From: an uncultured cyanobacterium | GTDB taxonomy: Bacteria > Cyanobacteriota > Cyanobacteriia > Cyanobacteriales > Nostocaceae | Length of the DNA stretch: 64,000 nt | Reading direction: 5' to 3' | Assembly: GCA_963706595.1 (NCBI GenBank) | Contig: OY970166.1 | Location: 2,272,001-2,336,000, forward strand | In this document: positions 10,568 through 21,631 of the stretch, in pieces | Numbering within the stretch: position 1 is the stretch's first letter | How the letters are laid out: every line of letters begins with the position of its first letter | Notes under the pieces: generated by a model | What the model was told of the DNA's origin: nothing | The model's input: the letters and a program-made list of their open reading frames with translations, nothing else | Databases searched by the model: none | Translations under genes and position numbers: made by a program

Positions 10568-11404
10568 TCAACCTTTGCCGCCGGTGAATGTCGCACCTTG
10601 AATAAAGTAACGGTTAAAAAAGGCATAAATGCCTAAAGCTGGGAAGGTAAACATCATCGAAGCGGCCATAATATAATTCCAATAGCTGATATATTGCCCT
10701 TTAAAGCTATTCAAGCCCAAAGGTAGGGTAAACATTTCTGGGTCGAAGAGGATGACGATGGGGAGTAGAAAATTATTCCAACTACTCATGAAGACAAAAA
10801 CCGCTTGGGCTGCGAGGGCGGGTTTGGCTAGAGGTAAGACAATATGCCGAAAAATTCCCAAGGTATTTAAACCATCTAATTGACCTGCTTCTTCTAATTC
10901 TTGAGGAAAATTTACAAAGAATTGCCGCATCATAAAGATGAAGGTGGCGTTAACCATCGCCGGAACAATCATGCCTTGGTAGGAATTTAGCCAGCCAATG
11001 GCTTTTAAAATTAAGAATGTGGGAATGAGGGTGATTTGTGTGGGTACTGCTAGTAATGCCAAAATTAAGAAGAACCAGAAGCGTTTACCGACAAAACTCA
11101 GTCTGGCTAAAGCATACCCGGCCATGGAATTAAATAGTAAGTTTAAGAGGGTGACGCTAACGGCGATGAAGACACTGTTAAAAAACCATCGCCAAAATAA
11201 GGGTTCTTGGACAAATATCTGTCTGTAATTATCAAGGGTGAAATTTTGGGGGAAAAAATTTAATTCTCCACTGATAATTTCTGATAGGGGTTTAAAGGAT
11301 GCGGAAAGCGCCCACAGGAAAGGAATTAATGTGATAACTGCGTATAGGGTGAGGACAAGATATAACAGGACTTTTAACCAAGGGAAACGGGAAATATTAG
11401 TCAT
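10568..11404 (-). CDS. Carbohydrate ABC transporter permease (MalG-type)
   Basis: ELEEAGQLDG EAA loop, WNNFLLP. Confidence 0.93.
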   Translation of the reverse strand: MTNISRFPWLKVLLYLVLTLYAVITLIPFLWALSASFKPLSEIISGELNFFPQNFTLDNYRQIFVQEPLFWRWFFNSVFIAVSVTLLNLLFNSMAGYALARLSFVGKRFWFFLILALLAVPTQITLIPTFLILKAIGWLNSYQGMIVPAMVNATFIFMMRQFFVNFPQELEEAGQLDGLNTLGIFRHIVLPLAKPALAAQAVFVFMSSWNNFLLPIVILFDPEMFTLPLGLNSFKGQYISYWNYIMAASMMFTFPALGIYAFFNRYFIQGATFTGGKG

Positions 11405-12312
11405 GTTTTTTCGCCTCCAAAGATGCGCTGCTGAATCAAGGTGACAGCTATGATGATGACTGCCAACAAAAAGGCGATCGCGGCGGCATATCCCATCTGT
11501 AAATTACGAAATACAGCTTGGTAAATTAGTAGTACCATAGTCAAAGTGGCGTTGTTCGGCCCACCTGTACCACCAGAAAAAATGTAGGACTGATCAAAAA
11601 GTTGAAATGTCCCAATAATTCCGATAGCCACGACAAAAAAAGTCACGGGTTTGAGCAGGGGAATGGTAATATAGATAAACTGTTGCCACCAATTTGCCCC
11701 ATCCAGTTCTGCCGCTTCGTAGAGTTTTTGGGGGATATCTTGCAAAGCTGCCAAGTATATGACCATATAAAATGGTGCAGTTGACCAAATATTCATCATC
11801 ATAATACCTTTGAGTGCCACGGCTGGATCACCCAACCAGTTATAGGTAGGCAAACCCAGAAAAGCCAGAACATGATTTAATAGTCCATCGGTGTTATAAA
11901 TCCACATGAATATCAGCGTCAGTACGGCTGAGGATGTGACTGTGGGTAAAAAGAATAATATCCGCCAGGAGTTTTTTCCCCGAATGCCAGAGTTAAGGGT
12001 TACAGCCAGTAATAAAGCTAATATGGTTTGAGTTGGGACAACGATGGCGACATATTCGGCTGTATTTCTCAAAGCAATTCCCACGCGTTCATCTTCAACT
12101 AAGCGGGTAAAATTGCGAAAGCCGATGAAGTCGTAGTCAATACCGCCGAGAAGTTGGACTTTGTGCAAGGAGAGAAAAACGGCGTAGATTATGGGTAGAA
12201 TCACAAAACACCCTAAAACCAAGATTGTGGGCATCATAAAGATATACCCAGCTAAGGTTTCGGTAATATTCCCTCTGGGGTTTATTCGCCGTCTTTGAAT
12301 TGGCAGCACCAT
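11401..12312 (-). CDS. Carbohydrate ABC transporter permease (MalF-type)
   Basis: LYEAAELDGA EAA loop; likely start ATG at 12312; overlaps next permease start. Confidence 0.92.
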   Translation of the reverse strand: MVLPIQRRRINPRGNITETLAGYIFMMPTILVLGCFVILPIIYAVFLSLHKVQLLGGIDYDFIGFRNFTRLVEDERVGIALRNTAEYVAIVVPTQTILALLLAVTLNSGIRGKNSWRILFFLPTVTSSAVLTLIFMWIYNTDGLLNHVLAFLGLPTYNWLGDPAVALKGIMMMNIWSTAPFYMVIYLAALQDIPQKLYEAAELDGANWWQQFIYITIPLLKPVTFFVVAIGIIGTFQLFDQSYIFSGGTGGPNNATLTMVLLIYQAVFRNLQMGYAAAIAFLLAVIIIAVTLIQQRIFGGEKT

Positions 12313-12502
12313 TGAACTTTCCTGTAGTTTAGTGTCAAACTGGTGGTGGCGATGGGCAAAGCCCCGCCTCCGGCGATCGCGCAAGGGCTGACTTGTCAGT
12401 TCGCTCGTGGATAATTTTCGATGGTAGCTTGAGTCAGAAGCCCAGAAATATATCTAAATGCTGTTTTTGCTATGGTTGGAAGTAGGGATTTTTGGTTAAT
12501 TC

Positions 12503-12752
12503 TGCGTCAACCAGTAGGTGTTTTTTTGAACATTGAAAATTTTACGCCTGAAATCCTTACCTCGTCTGGCTTTCAACCCTCTCATACCTAAATTGAGGTT
12601 GACGCAAACTCCCAAACCCTTGCTATGAAAGCTTTTAAGCTATTTTAAAAATGTCTCTCTTGACAACCCAATCGCTGAAAAGCTATATTCATTTTAGGTT
12701 GACGGAACAGAACCTTGAAAACCAAATATATCAATGCTTCCAGATGCGGTCC
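12503..12752 (+). promoter_or_regulatory. CRISPR leader with sigma70 promoter TTGACA-N18-TATATT
   Basis: -35 at 12660-12665, -10 at 12684-12689; 10-bp IR TGCGTCAACC/GGTTGACGCA; AGGTTGACG direct repeat. Confidence 0.75.
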
Positions 12753-14248
12753 ATTGCAATTACAAATAATCCCTATCAGGGATTGAAACATAATTTAAAT
12801 AAGAGGTGAGTAAGTTTTCTGATTATTGCAATTACAAATAATCCCTATCAGGGATTGAAACACTCTCTAAAATTTCATCATTTGATAGTATGGTCATTGC
12901 AATTACAAATAATCCCTATCAGGGATTGAAACTCATGGGTATCGAATTATCACAGCTAGAAGTACAAAATTGCAATTACAAATAATCCCTATCAGGGATT
13001 GAAACGAGCAAAAATAATACCCTCGCGCTGCTACGAACAGATTGCAATTACAAATAATCCCTATCAGGGATTGAAACCTCAAATTACTTTTTGGGGAACC
13101 ACTAGAACAATATTGCAATTACAAATAATCCCTATCAGGGATTGAAACATCTTGGTGGCTCAAGTCATACTGATTTTTATTCATTGCAATTACAAATAAT
13201 CCCTATCAGGGATTGAAACTTCAACTTTTTTTATCTGCGTAGAATTACTCGAATATTGCAATTACAAATAATCCCTATCAGGGATTGAAACCTGGATGTA
13301 TGTATGTTTGTGAAGTAGAGGTGAATTGCAATTACAAATAATCCCTATCAGGGATTGAAACTTCCTGGATATGCCAATATCTTTTTACTAATTAATATTG
13401 CAATTACAAATAATCCCTATCAGGGATTGAAACGGATAGCTTGCTGATAAAGGTAGTTTGACGACGGTGTACAAATTGCAATTACAAATAATCCCTATCA
13501 GGGATTGAAACGTTAGTGAGTGACTGAGTTGATTGCTTCTGTAACTGATTATTGCAATTACAAATAATCCCTATCAGGGATTGAAACTGATTTGTGTGAT
13601 ACAATTAAGTATAGCTTGAATCGCATTGCAATTACAAATAATCCCTATCAGGGATTGAAACTATTAGCTATTCCCTTACGAATTTAGATGTATGCGATCA
13701 TTGCAATTACAAATAATCCCTATCAGGGATTGAAACTTTTTCGTGGGCATCCCCATGTAGTCGATGATAGATTGCAATTACAAATAATCCCTATCAGGGA
13801 TTGAAACCAAAAAGCCTCCAAGCAATATGACAATGCTTCTAAAGAATTGCAATTACAAATAATCCCTATCAGGGATTGAAACCACGGCAAAAAAACCCAT
13901 TCACTACAAAAATCAATTGCAATTACAAATAATCCCTATCAGGGATTGAAACAAGCGGTACAAAGATGAAGCTCCCTCCTTGCCAACGAATTGCAATTAC
14001 AAATAATCCCTATCAGGGATTGAAACATGGTATTAAAACCTTTTTAATTAACAGGCTGGTTCTTCCCAATTGCAATTACAAATAATCCCTATCAGGGATT
14101 GAAACCAACCTCAACCGACAACAAATCAATTTCGTCATCAGATTGCAATTACAAATAATCCCTATCAGGGATTGAAACTCTACTTGCCAAGGAACTACAA
14201 ATAGTTGAAAACATTGCAATTACAAATAATCCCTATCAGGGATTGAAC
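12753..14248 (+). CRISPR. CRISPR array, 21 repeats / 20 spacers, 37-nt repeat ATTGCAATTACAAATAATCCCTATCAGGGATTGAAAC (cyanobacterial type I-D-like); no cas genes in window
   Basis: Identical repeats with AATCCCT/AGGGATT hairpin and 3' GAAAC; unique 33-42 nt spacers; last repeat lacks one A. Confidence 0.99.
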
Positions 14249-14361
14249 TCTTATCTTTGCGCCTTTGCGCCTTTGCGCGAAACAAATCCATATTTTCCTA
14301 CAAAGCAAAAAAACTCTAACTCTCTCTCTGCGCCTCTGCGCCTGGTGCGTGAGGTAATAAT

Positions 14362-15615
14362 TTATTCCCTAGCACGAATTTGCTGATTAGCGGCATTTTG
14401 CGCCCGTAGCATCGCAGACTTTAAAGATTGTTGACCAAGCAAAGCACTAAGAAACTGATTATCAAAATTATTAGCGATCGCACCGGGATATTTACCCAAC
14501 TGCCACTTAGTAGCATAATCAACACCAGCCACGAGAGGCGATCGCAAAGCATCCCGATCATAACCCAACTTAGCCGCCACCGATTTCCGTGTAGGCAAAG
14601 CAAACCCCGTACCCGTCCATTTTGCCATTCCTTCCTTACCCGTCAGAAAAGAAATCAACTCCCAAGCTTCGGCCTTATGCTGTGACTGCTGATTCATCAC
14701 ATAAGCCACAGTAAAAACCATCGTACCTTTTTTATCATTAATAGTAGGTATTTCTGCCGTCGCAAACTCCAATTGCGGAAAAGTTGTTTCTAAATAAGGA
14801 ATAGCCCAATTACCCTCAATCACCATTCCCACACGACCTTGACCAAACATTTCCGTCCCTGAATTAGTCCCAACATCACTAGCTTGGGCAGATGTGCGGT
14901 CTTTTTGATACTGGTCTATCACCAACTGCAAACCCTGCAAACCTTCATTACTCGCAAAAGCCGCATTACCATTTTCATCAACCACTTTTCCCCCAAAAGC
15001 CGCAATTTTGTAAGCTTGATAACTCAACTTTGGACTAACTCCAAAGCCATATCTGTTCATTTTCCCGGTCAATTTTTGGGAATAGCTGCGTAATTCATCC
15101 CAAGTCGTGGGAGGACGGCTGAAACCTGCGGCGGCAAAAGCCTTTTTGTTATAAAATAGTGCCAAAGTGGAATAATCTTTCGGCAGACCATAGATATAAT
15201 TTTGGGATTTAAAATTATCCAACAAGCTCTGCTCAAAGTCTTCTAGGTCAAATTCGGGGGTAATGTAAGAATTCAACGGTTCTAGGATATTCTGGCTCAT
15301 GAAGAAAGGCGCTTCTAAGGATTCCAGATAGAAGACATCCGGCGCAGCTTCACCGATTAATCTGGTGGTGATTACATCCATGTATTGGTCAGAGATGACC
15401 TCATATCTGACCTTGATATTTGGATGCTGTGCTTCAAAGTCTTGTAATAACTGTTTTAATAATTTTTGTTCTACCGGATTCCCAGCCCAACCGCTAAGTT
15501 TGATGGTGACGGCGTTGGTTGGGTGCTTTGGTAGTAGGAAATTTTGGCAACTAATAATGGCGATCGCGATCGCTATTACCAGTCCCAAAAATCGCACCCA
15601 GCTTTTTTTGTTCAC
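14362..15615 (-). CDS. Carbohydrate ABC transporter substrate-binding lipoprotein
   Basis: Lipobox-like IISC, PDVF, YGLP..LFYNKK, PTTWDEL. Confidence 0.92.
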   Translation of the reverse strand: MNKKSWVRFLGLVIAIAIAIISCQNFLLPKHPTNAVTIKLSGWAGNPVEQKLLKQLLQDFEAQHPNIKVRYEVISDQYMDVITTRLIGEAAPDVFYLESLEAPFFMSQNILEPLNSYITPEFDLEDFEQSLLDNFKSQNYIYGLPKDYSTLALFYNKKAFAAAGFSRPPTTWDELRSYSQKLTGKMNRYGFGVSPKLSYQAYKIAAFGGKVVDENGNAAFASNEGLQGLQLVIDQYQKDRTSAQASDVGTNSGTEMFGQGRVGMVIEGNWAIPYLETTFPQLEFATAEIPTINDKKGTMVFTVAYVMNQQSQHKAEAWELISFLTGKEGMAKWTGTGFALPTRKSVAAKLGYDRDALRSPLVAGVDYATKWQLGKYPGAIANNFDNQFLSALLGQQSLKSAMLRAQNAANQQIRARE

Positions 15616-15910
15616 AAACAGATGCCAGTTTTTTCATCTATTTTATTCTAAAATCTGGTTCAGATCAGAATAATTAAACGCCGATAAACGCCGATAAATT
15701 CAGACGTTTGATGGTTTTGTTGGGGTTTTTTCCGATAATCTCCCCTTAAATGAACCCTATGCCTTATATCTTTTAGGGGGGATGAGGGACTAGGTAAGTC
15801 AATTTTGGATTTTGGATTCGCGTTAGCGCCGTGAGTATTTTAGATTAAACTTCAATCTAAAATCTAAAATTCCTATTCCCCACTCCCCACTCCCCACTCC
15901 CCACTCCCTT

Positions 15911-16861
15911 CTATTCAGCGACTGTAGAAGTCAAGCTCATGGTTTCCCACATTACCATGGGGTGTGTAGTTGGTAGGGGTTGGTGCAAAGCAATTAGCTG
16001 GGTTAGGGTATTTTTTAATTGCGTGCGGGATACAATATCATCTACAAATCCATGCTTTAACAAATCTTCTGCGGTTTGGAAATCTTCTGGTAGTTTTTCA
16101 CGCAGGGTTTGCTCAATCACTCGCCGACCTGCAAAACCAATGGTTGCTTTGGGTTCTGCAATGATAATATCTCCCAACATGGCAAAACTAGCGGTAACGC
16201 CGCCTGTGGTGGGATTTGTCAAGATGGGAATGTACAGTAATTTAGCTTGACGATGGCGTTCTAAAGCTGCGGAGATTTTAGCCATCTGCATTAAGGAAAG
16301 CATTCCTTCTTGCATTCTCGCTCCACCAGAGGTGCAAATAATGACTACGGGATAGCGTCTTTGAGTTGCTTGTTCAATTAAGCGGGTGAGTTTTTCTCCG
16401 ACGACTGAACCCATACTACCGCCCATAAAGCGGAAATCCATTACACCCAGGGCGATGGGTAAACCGTTGATTTGACCCAAACCGGTTTTAACTGCGTCTA
16501 CTAAACCCAGTTTATCTTCCATTTCCCGCAGGCGATCGCTATAGAGTTTGCGATCGCGAAATTGCAGGGGATCTGTGGGACGCAGATGTTCATCTATTGC
16601 TTGCCAAGTATTAATATCTATCAACTGGCGGATACGCTCATCGCTATCCACTCGATTATGATGTCCACATTCAACGCAGACCATCTGGTTCGCTTTCAGG
16701 TCTTTGGTATAGCTCAATACGCCACATTTGGGACACTTATGCCACAGCCCATCAGCAATTTCCCGTTCTTGGCGTTCTAAGTTGGTAGCTCCTGATTTCC
16801 GTCGATTTGCAAACCAATCTAACAGAGACTTTAAACCACGCGATTCTTCGTTGTTTGCCAT
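15911..16861 (-). CDS. accD: Acetyl-CoA carboxylase carboxyltransferase beta subunit
   Basis: CPKC...CVEC zinc finger, [27 protein letters not shown]. Confidence 0.98.
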   Translation of the reverse strand: MANNEESRGLKSLLDWFANRRKSGATNLERQEREIADGLWHKCPKCGVLSYTKDLKANQMVCVECGHHNRVDSDERIRQLIDINTWQAIDEHLRPTDPLQFRDRKLYSDRLREMEDKLGLVDAVKTGLGQINGLPIALGVMDFRFMGGSMGSVVGEKLTRLIEQATQRRYPVVIICTSGGARMQEGMLSLMQMAKISAALERHRQAKLLYIPILTNPTTGGVTASFAMLGDIIIAEPKATIGFAGRRVIEQTLREKLPEDFQTAEDLLKHGFVDDIVSRTQLKNTLTQLIALHQPLPTTHPMVMWETMSLTSTVAE

Positions 16862-17400
16862 TTTTATCTTTTTTTTAAGTGGGTATGAGGTTGAAAACAT
16901 ATCAAGCCACTATGGGATGTCCAGGTGAAAAAGTTCTAAGTCTAGAGCAACTTAGTTGTGACTCTTGACCTTTGCTTTTAAAGTCTCCAAATTTGCTCTT
17001 GTACAAATGCAAATAACACCCCATTTTAGCTTTTGACTCTTGACTACATCTCAAATTACGCTTATAAGCAATTCAGACCTGATTTTTTATCTGTGGTTGC
17101 CAGCTTAACGAAAATGCTGATGACAACACAAGCCTCTTGCTATGCTGAATTTTGTCAACTGATTGTCAGAGTCAAGGTCAATTAAACATCAACCCCAAAG
17201 CGAGATGCCCTTTTCTCTAACTAACAGCGAACTTATTACCCCAGATAAATCATTCGGCGTTGCTAGTTTGCGAGCAGTGAGCATCTATGATACAGATTAG
17301 TTATGCTTACCAATGTTTACTCTTGATTAAGAGGGTGATACCAGCCATAAGCTGATATTACCAAAAGGTAAAAGCCGCATGGGGTAATGACGGCTACAAA

Positions 17401-17551
17401 GAGGCAGGGGAGAAGAGGCAGGGGTGCAGGGGAGAAGAGGCAGGGGTGCAGGGGGCAGGGTGCAGGGGGGAGAAGACGGTAACTTCCCAATGACTAATGA
17501 CCAATGACTAATGACCAATGACTAATGACCAATGACCAATGACTAATGACT
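17401..17551. repeat. Composite STRR tract (GCAGGGG-type, then AATGAC(T/C) heptamers)
   Basis: Visible tandem units between accD leader and pilD stop. Confidence 0.85.
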
Positions 17552-17552
17552 A

Positions 17553-18380
17553 TTAAAAAAATAATCCCAGGTAGGTAGACAAAATTGCTTCACCACCAAA
17601 TACAGTAATTACTGCGCCTAAAGCTAGAAAAGGTCCAAAAGGTATTTTTTGTCCCACTCTTTCGGGTGATAGTAACATTGCACCACCACCGATGATTACA
17701 CCTACTAAGCAGGCAATAAAGCTGGCTAGCAGCAAATACTTCGGTCCTAACCAAACTCCCATCATGGCGGCTAATTTTGCGTCACCTGCACCCATTGCAG
17801 TTTTACCCAGGGCGATGGAACCGATCATTGCGATCGCATCAAACAGCCATAATCCTAATACTGCTCCCACTATGCCCATCATCAGGTGATTAACTAAGCC
17901 TATCCCACCGCCCTGTGAGAAAAAACCCACAGCCATTTGCAAGCCAATCCCTACAACTAAACCCGATTTAGTCAGGACATTAGGTAAGGTCATGGTATCC
18001 AAGTCAATCAGAGATAACGCCAATAGCCAGCTACAAAAAGCCCAGTAACTTATTGTAATAATTGAAACTTGGAATTCCCAAAATATGATTAAAAAAATTA
18101 TCCCCGTTATCCCCTCTACCACAGGATAACGGATGGAAATCTTGGTTTGACAATAACGGCATCGCCCTCTTAACCATAACCATCCCAGCACCGGCACATT
18201 ATCATGAGCTTTAAGCTGGTTTAAGCAACGAGGACAGCGAGAAGGCGGCCACAAAACAGATAACCTAGCAGGTAATCGATAAACTACAACATTAATAAAG
18301 CTGCCAATAGATGCACCCAGCGCGAAGACAATGATACTCGCCGGGACGACCATCAAAATGTCCATATAGTTCTTTGTCAT
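17553..18380 (-). CDS. pilD: Prepilin peptidase/N-methyltransferase
   Basis: GSFINVVVYRLP, two CxxC pairs, IDLD, MGAGDAKL, IPFGPFL. Confidence 0.96.
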   Translation of the reverse strand: MTKNYMDILMVVPASIIVFALGASIGSFINVVVYRLPARLSVLWPPSRCPRCLNQLKAHDNVPVLGWLWLRGRCRYCQTKISIRYPVVEGITGIIFLIIFWEFQVSIITISYWAFCSWLLALSLIDLDTMTLPNVLTKSGLVVGIGLQMAVGFFSQGGGIGLVNHLMMGIVGAVLGLWLFDAIAMIGSIALGKTAMGAGDAKLAAMMGVWLGPKYLLLASFIACLVGVIIGGGAMLLSPERVGQKIPFGPFLALGAVITVFGGEAILSTYLGLFF

Positions 18381-18536
18381 TTTGCATACACTACTCTAGC
18401 CTTAGTTTCTGTTTTTTCACAGCAACGTGAAGACTTTTTCCGAGAGTATATGTCTGGTCTCAAAATTTAATCATTGACAAATGACCAATGATTTACCCTG
18501 AGCGTAGCCGAAGGGCTAATGACCAATGACCAAGGA

Positions 18537-18798
18537 CTAATACGTATGTGATTCAATTTGACTTAATGGGACAAAACATTCTTGCGGTAAAAGTAACTGG
18601 TTGCTGAGTGAAAATCACTTTACCGCGATGAGTAATGTGATTAATTGCTACACCTGAAGGTTGTCCAGCTATTTCAGGATGTACTTCACAGTGGATGTAA
18701 TAAATCTGCCCGGCTGCTCTGATTAAGGCTGGATCAATCAAAGGAGACTGGTTTTTAGGGGCAGTAAATTTTGTTTGTTCTTGTCGTAATGCGTACAC
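18537..18798 (-). CDS. Small hypothetical protein, apparent +1 frameshift near 18595
   Basis: Removing one base gives ...GKVIFTQQPVLLPQECFVPLSQIESHTY*, resembling a conserved cyanobacterial family. Confidence 0.65.
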
Positions 18799-18899
18799 TA
18801 TCGACTGTTATATAAATTGCTAGATTTGTCTTTAGTTTATCTGATACATTCAGATAAAGTTGCCAAATTGCCAAATTAAGGCCAAATTAAGGCGGAAAT

Positions 18900-19988
18900 T
18901 TATGATTTTTCCAGAGCGCTAATTAATGATTCCCCCATAGCGCCACAACCTAAAAGATTCATGCCAGGGGACATAATATCACCTGTGCGATCGCCTTGGG
19001 CTAAAACTTGCAATACAGCTTGTTCCATTTTGTCTGCCGCTTTTGATTGGTCTAACCCGTAGCGTAACATCATGGCGGCGCTTAAAACCTGAGCCAGAGG
19101 ATTTGCTTTATCCTGTCCGGCGATATCGGGGGCGGAACCGTGGACTGGTTCAAAGACACCAGGGCCAGAAGCACCCAAACTAGCAGATGGTAACATCCCA
19201 ATACTACCAGTCAGCATGGCAGCAGCATCTGAGAGAATATCACCAAATAAATTGCCTGTGACAATAGTATCAAACTGCTTAGGAGCGCGTACCAATTGCA
19301 TGGCGGCGTTATCGACGTAGAGGTGAGATAATTCCACATCGGGATATTCTGTTGCTAGTTCCGTGATGCGATCGCGCCACAACTGTGATACTTCTAAGAC
19401 ATTGGCTTTATCTACAGAACAGAGTCTTCCCCCACGTTTCCGAGCTGCTTCAAAGGCGACGCGCCCAATGCGGTCAATTTCTGACTCTGTGTAAACCATT
19501 GTATTCACACCCCGTTTTTCTCCGGTATCAGTAGCAAAAATCCCCTTGGGCTGACCAAAATAAATCCCACCAGTGAGTTCGCGCACCACCATAATATCTA
19601 CCCCTTCCACAACTTCCCGTTTTAAAGTAGAAGCGTCAATTAATTGGGGCAAAATTTGGGCTGGGCGGAGATTGGCAAATAATCCTAATCCCGCACGCAG
19701 TCCCAACAAACCTGCTTCTGGGCGTAAATTCGATGGTAGAGAATCCCACTTATAACCCCCAATAGCAGCCAGTAGAATCGCATCACTATTGCGACAAGTA
19801 TCTAGGGTAGCAGCTGGTAGGGGTTCGCCTGTAGCGTCAATTGCTGCACCACCAATCAGGGCTTCGGAAAACTCAAATTGCAGGTCAAATTGTTTACCGA
19901 CAACTTTTAGCACGTCTACCGCTACGGCCATAATTTCGGGACCAATGCCATCGCCGGGGAGTAGAGTAATGCGGTAGTTCTGTGTCAT
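18900..19988 (-). CDS. leuB: 3-isopropylmalate dehydrogenase
   Basis: [38 protein letters not shown]. Confidence 0.98.
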   Translation of the reverse strand: MTQNYRITLLPGDGIGPEIMAVAVDVLKVVGKQFDLQFEFSEALIGGAAIDATGEPLPAATLDTCRNSDAILLAAIGGYKWDSLPSNLRPEAGLLGLRAGLGLFANLRPAQILPQLIDASTLKREVVEGVDIMVVRELTGGIYFGQPKGIFATDTGEKRGVNTMVYTESEIDRIGRVAFEAARKRGGRLCSVDKANVLEVSQLWRDRITELATEYPDVELSHLYVDNAAMQLVRAPKQFDTIVTGNLFGDILSDAAAMLTGSIGMLPSASLGASGPGVFEPVHGSAPDIAGQDKANPLAQVLSAAMMLRYGLDQSKAADKMEQAVLQVLAQGDRTGDIMSPGMNLLGCGAMGESLISALEKS

Positions 19989-20033
19989 AGTTAATTTTTA
20001 TCAGGTAAATGCTTGTCGATTCAATATCATACT

Positions 20034-20134
20034 ATGGCGGTATGCAATTGAATGAACTAGATCATAGCCCCCTCCTCGCTTGCGGGGAGGGGGTTGGGGG
20101 TGGGGTTCTATCTCACTTAACTGATAACCGCTAT
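20034..20134. mobile_element. MITE-like element (ATRGCGGT...GATAACCGCTAT ends) carrying REP-like core
   Basis: Same termini as 25201-25300. Confidence 0.55.
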
Positions 20135-20210
20135 TAATTAAAATACAAAAGTGCGCTGCCATGCTAGACAACGCACCATTTTAATATCACAGATAAAATC
20201 CAGCTAAATC

Positions 20211-21083
20211 CTACACACGCGCTAAAACTGGCTCAGGCTGCGCGACGCTGACAGTAGTTGTATCTGATTCTGTGCAGTAAATTTCACAGGAATTATTGGG
20301 ACTTTCAATCAGTTTGATTTTGTACAGCGTAGCACCCAATTCTTGAATAGGCGATCGCAATAAATTACTAATGTAAAGTGCGATATTCTCAGCAGTGGGG
20401 ACAACTTCCGCAAAGAAAGGGATATCTTTGTTTAAAAAAGTGTGGTCGAATGCTTCTAGCACATAATCTTCCACAGCTTGATTTAAAGCCCCTAAATCCA
20501 CAATCATCCCCGTGCGTGGATCAATTTGTCCTTTCACAGTGACTTCTAAATGGTAATTATGTCCGTGACCATGAGGACGGGCGCACTTACCATAAATTTG
20601 CGAATTTTCTTCGTTACTCAGTTGAGGATGAGCCAACCGATGGGCGGCGCTAAAGTGAGTACTGATGCTGAGGTAAGCTTCCATGTCGTCTCCTATATAA
20701 TCTGCCCAAAGTTCAGGATGTTCAAATAACTGCACACGCACTAAGGGTAAATGCGGTACTAGACGCTGCCAAATCACCCGTGCAATATTTTCAGTCGTGG
20801 GTAAAGTTTCTTGAAATTCTGCCCACACATCATTGAGGTAAGAATAGTCTAGTTGGCTGGTAACTTCGTGCTTAATTACGTGTTTCACATCAGACAAGTT
20901 AAGTACCATGCCATATTTATCCAATTCTCCAGCCAGGGAGATAAATAAAACATAGTTGTGTCCATGTCCGGGAAATCTAGAACCAGCACCAAATTTCTCA
21001 GTATTTTCTGCCTCACTCAGTTCTGGTAAGAAATACCGATGACTAGCTGAAAACTGAGCGCGACGATTAACAATACATTGCAT
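20211..21083 (-). CDS. queD: Tandem-domain 6-carboxytetrahydropterin / 6-pyruvoyl-tetrahydropterin synthase
   Basis: Two copies of FSA.HR...HGHNY...PT.ENIA. Confidence 0.85.
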   Translation of the reverse strand: MQCIVNRRAQFSASHRYFLPELSEAENTEKFGAGSRFPGHGHNYVLFISLAGELDKYGMVLNLSDVKHVIKHEVTSQLDYSYLNDVWAEFQETLPTTENIARVIWQRLVPHLPLVRVQLFEHPELWADYIGDDMEAYLSISTHFSAAHRLAHPQLSNEENSQIYGKCARPHGHGHNYHLEVTVKGQIDPRTGMIVDLGALNQAVEDYVLEAFDHTFLNKDIPFFAEVVPTAENIALYISNLLRSPIQELGATLYKIKLIESPNNSCEIYCTESDTTTVSVAQPEPVLARV

Positions 21084-21182
21084 GAGTATTCTGTAAACTG
21101 AGCTTAAAATTTCTTAACCTTTCACTATTTCCAGCATAAACTATAATTCGTAATTCGGAAACATGGAATACACGCTATGCAG

Positions 21183-21322
21183 GAATGGCACTAAGATAAC
21201 GGCAAATCCATTATTTATAAGGCTTTTGGGTGTGGGTAATTAAGAAGATGTTGAACTATTGTCTTAAACACTACACCCTACACCTTGCCCTGACGAAGTT
21301 TCCGCTTATATTAGTGCTATTC
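21183..21322. mobile_element. MITE-like element
   Basis: Imperfect ~20-bp terminal IR gaatggcactaagataacgg / ccgcttatattagtgctattc. Confidence 0.55.
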
Positions 21323-21631
21323 AAGCATAAGCAAGTTTTATCAGTATTTTTTCTACATTGCTCTTGATTACCTGTTATATTTGACTCGGAAGTGAGTGTC
21401 TTTGTTGAACACTTACCTAACGATGATTTAAAGAAAGATGCGGGCAATATTGGTTTACTTATAGACTAGAAAAAAACCTATCTAACGCAGTATAATAAAA
21501 CACGCTAAAGCAAGATTTGACAAACATCTATTTCCTGTTTGTGAAGATCCTACATTTTTATTAAAACTTCCTTAATTATACTTTAACCCGTATTAACTTT
21601 TTAATCCGTCATTAATAATAGTCCTGCCAAC

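Noticed and set aside
12933..13118. 61-aa ORF in the ORF track
   Set aside because: Lies within the CRISPR array; a translation of repeats and spacers
12790..14212. Self-targeting spacers within the window
   Set aside because: By eye only a 10-nt match (cacggcaaaa, spacer 16 versus ~45261) was seen, which is not significant; a proper search is still needed
17327..17518. 63-aa Pro-rich ORF
   Set aside because: Mostly a translation of STRR tandem repeats
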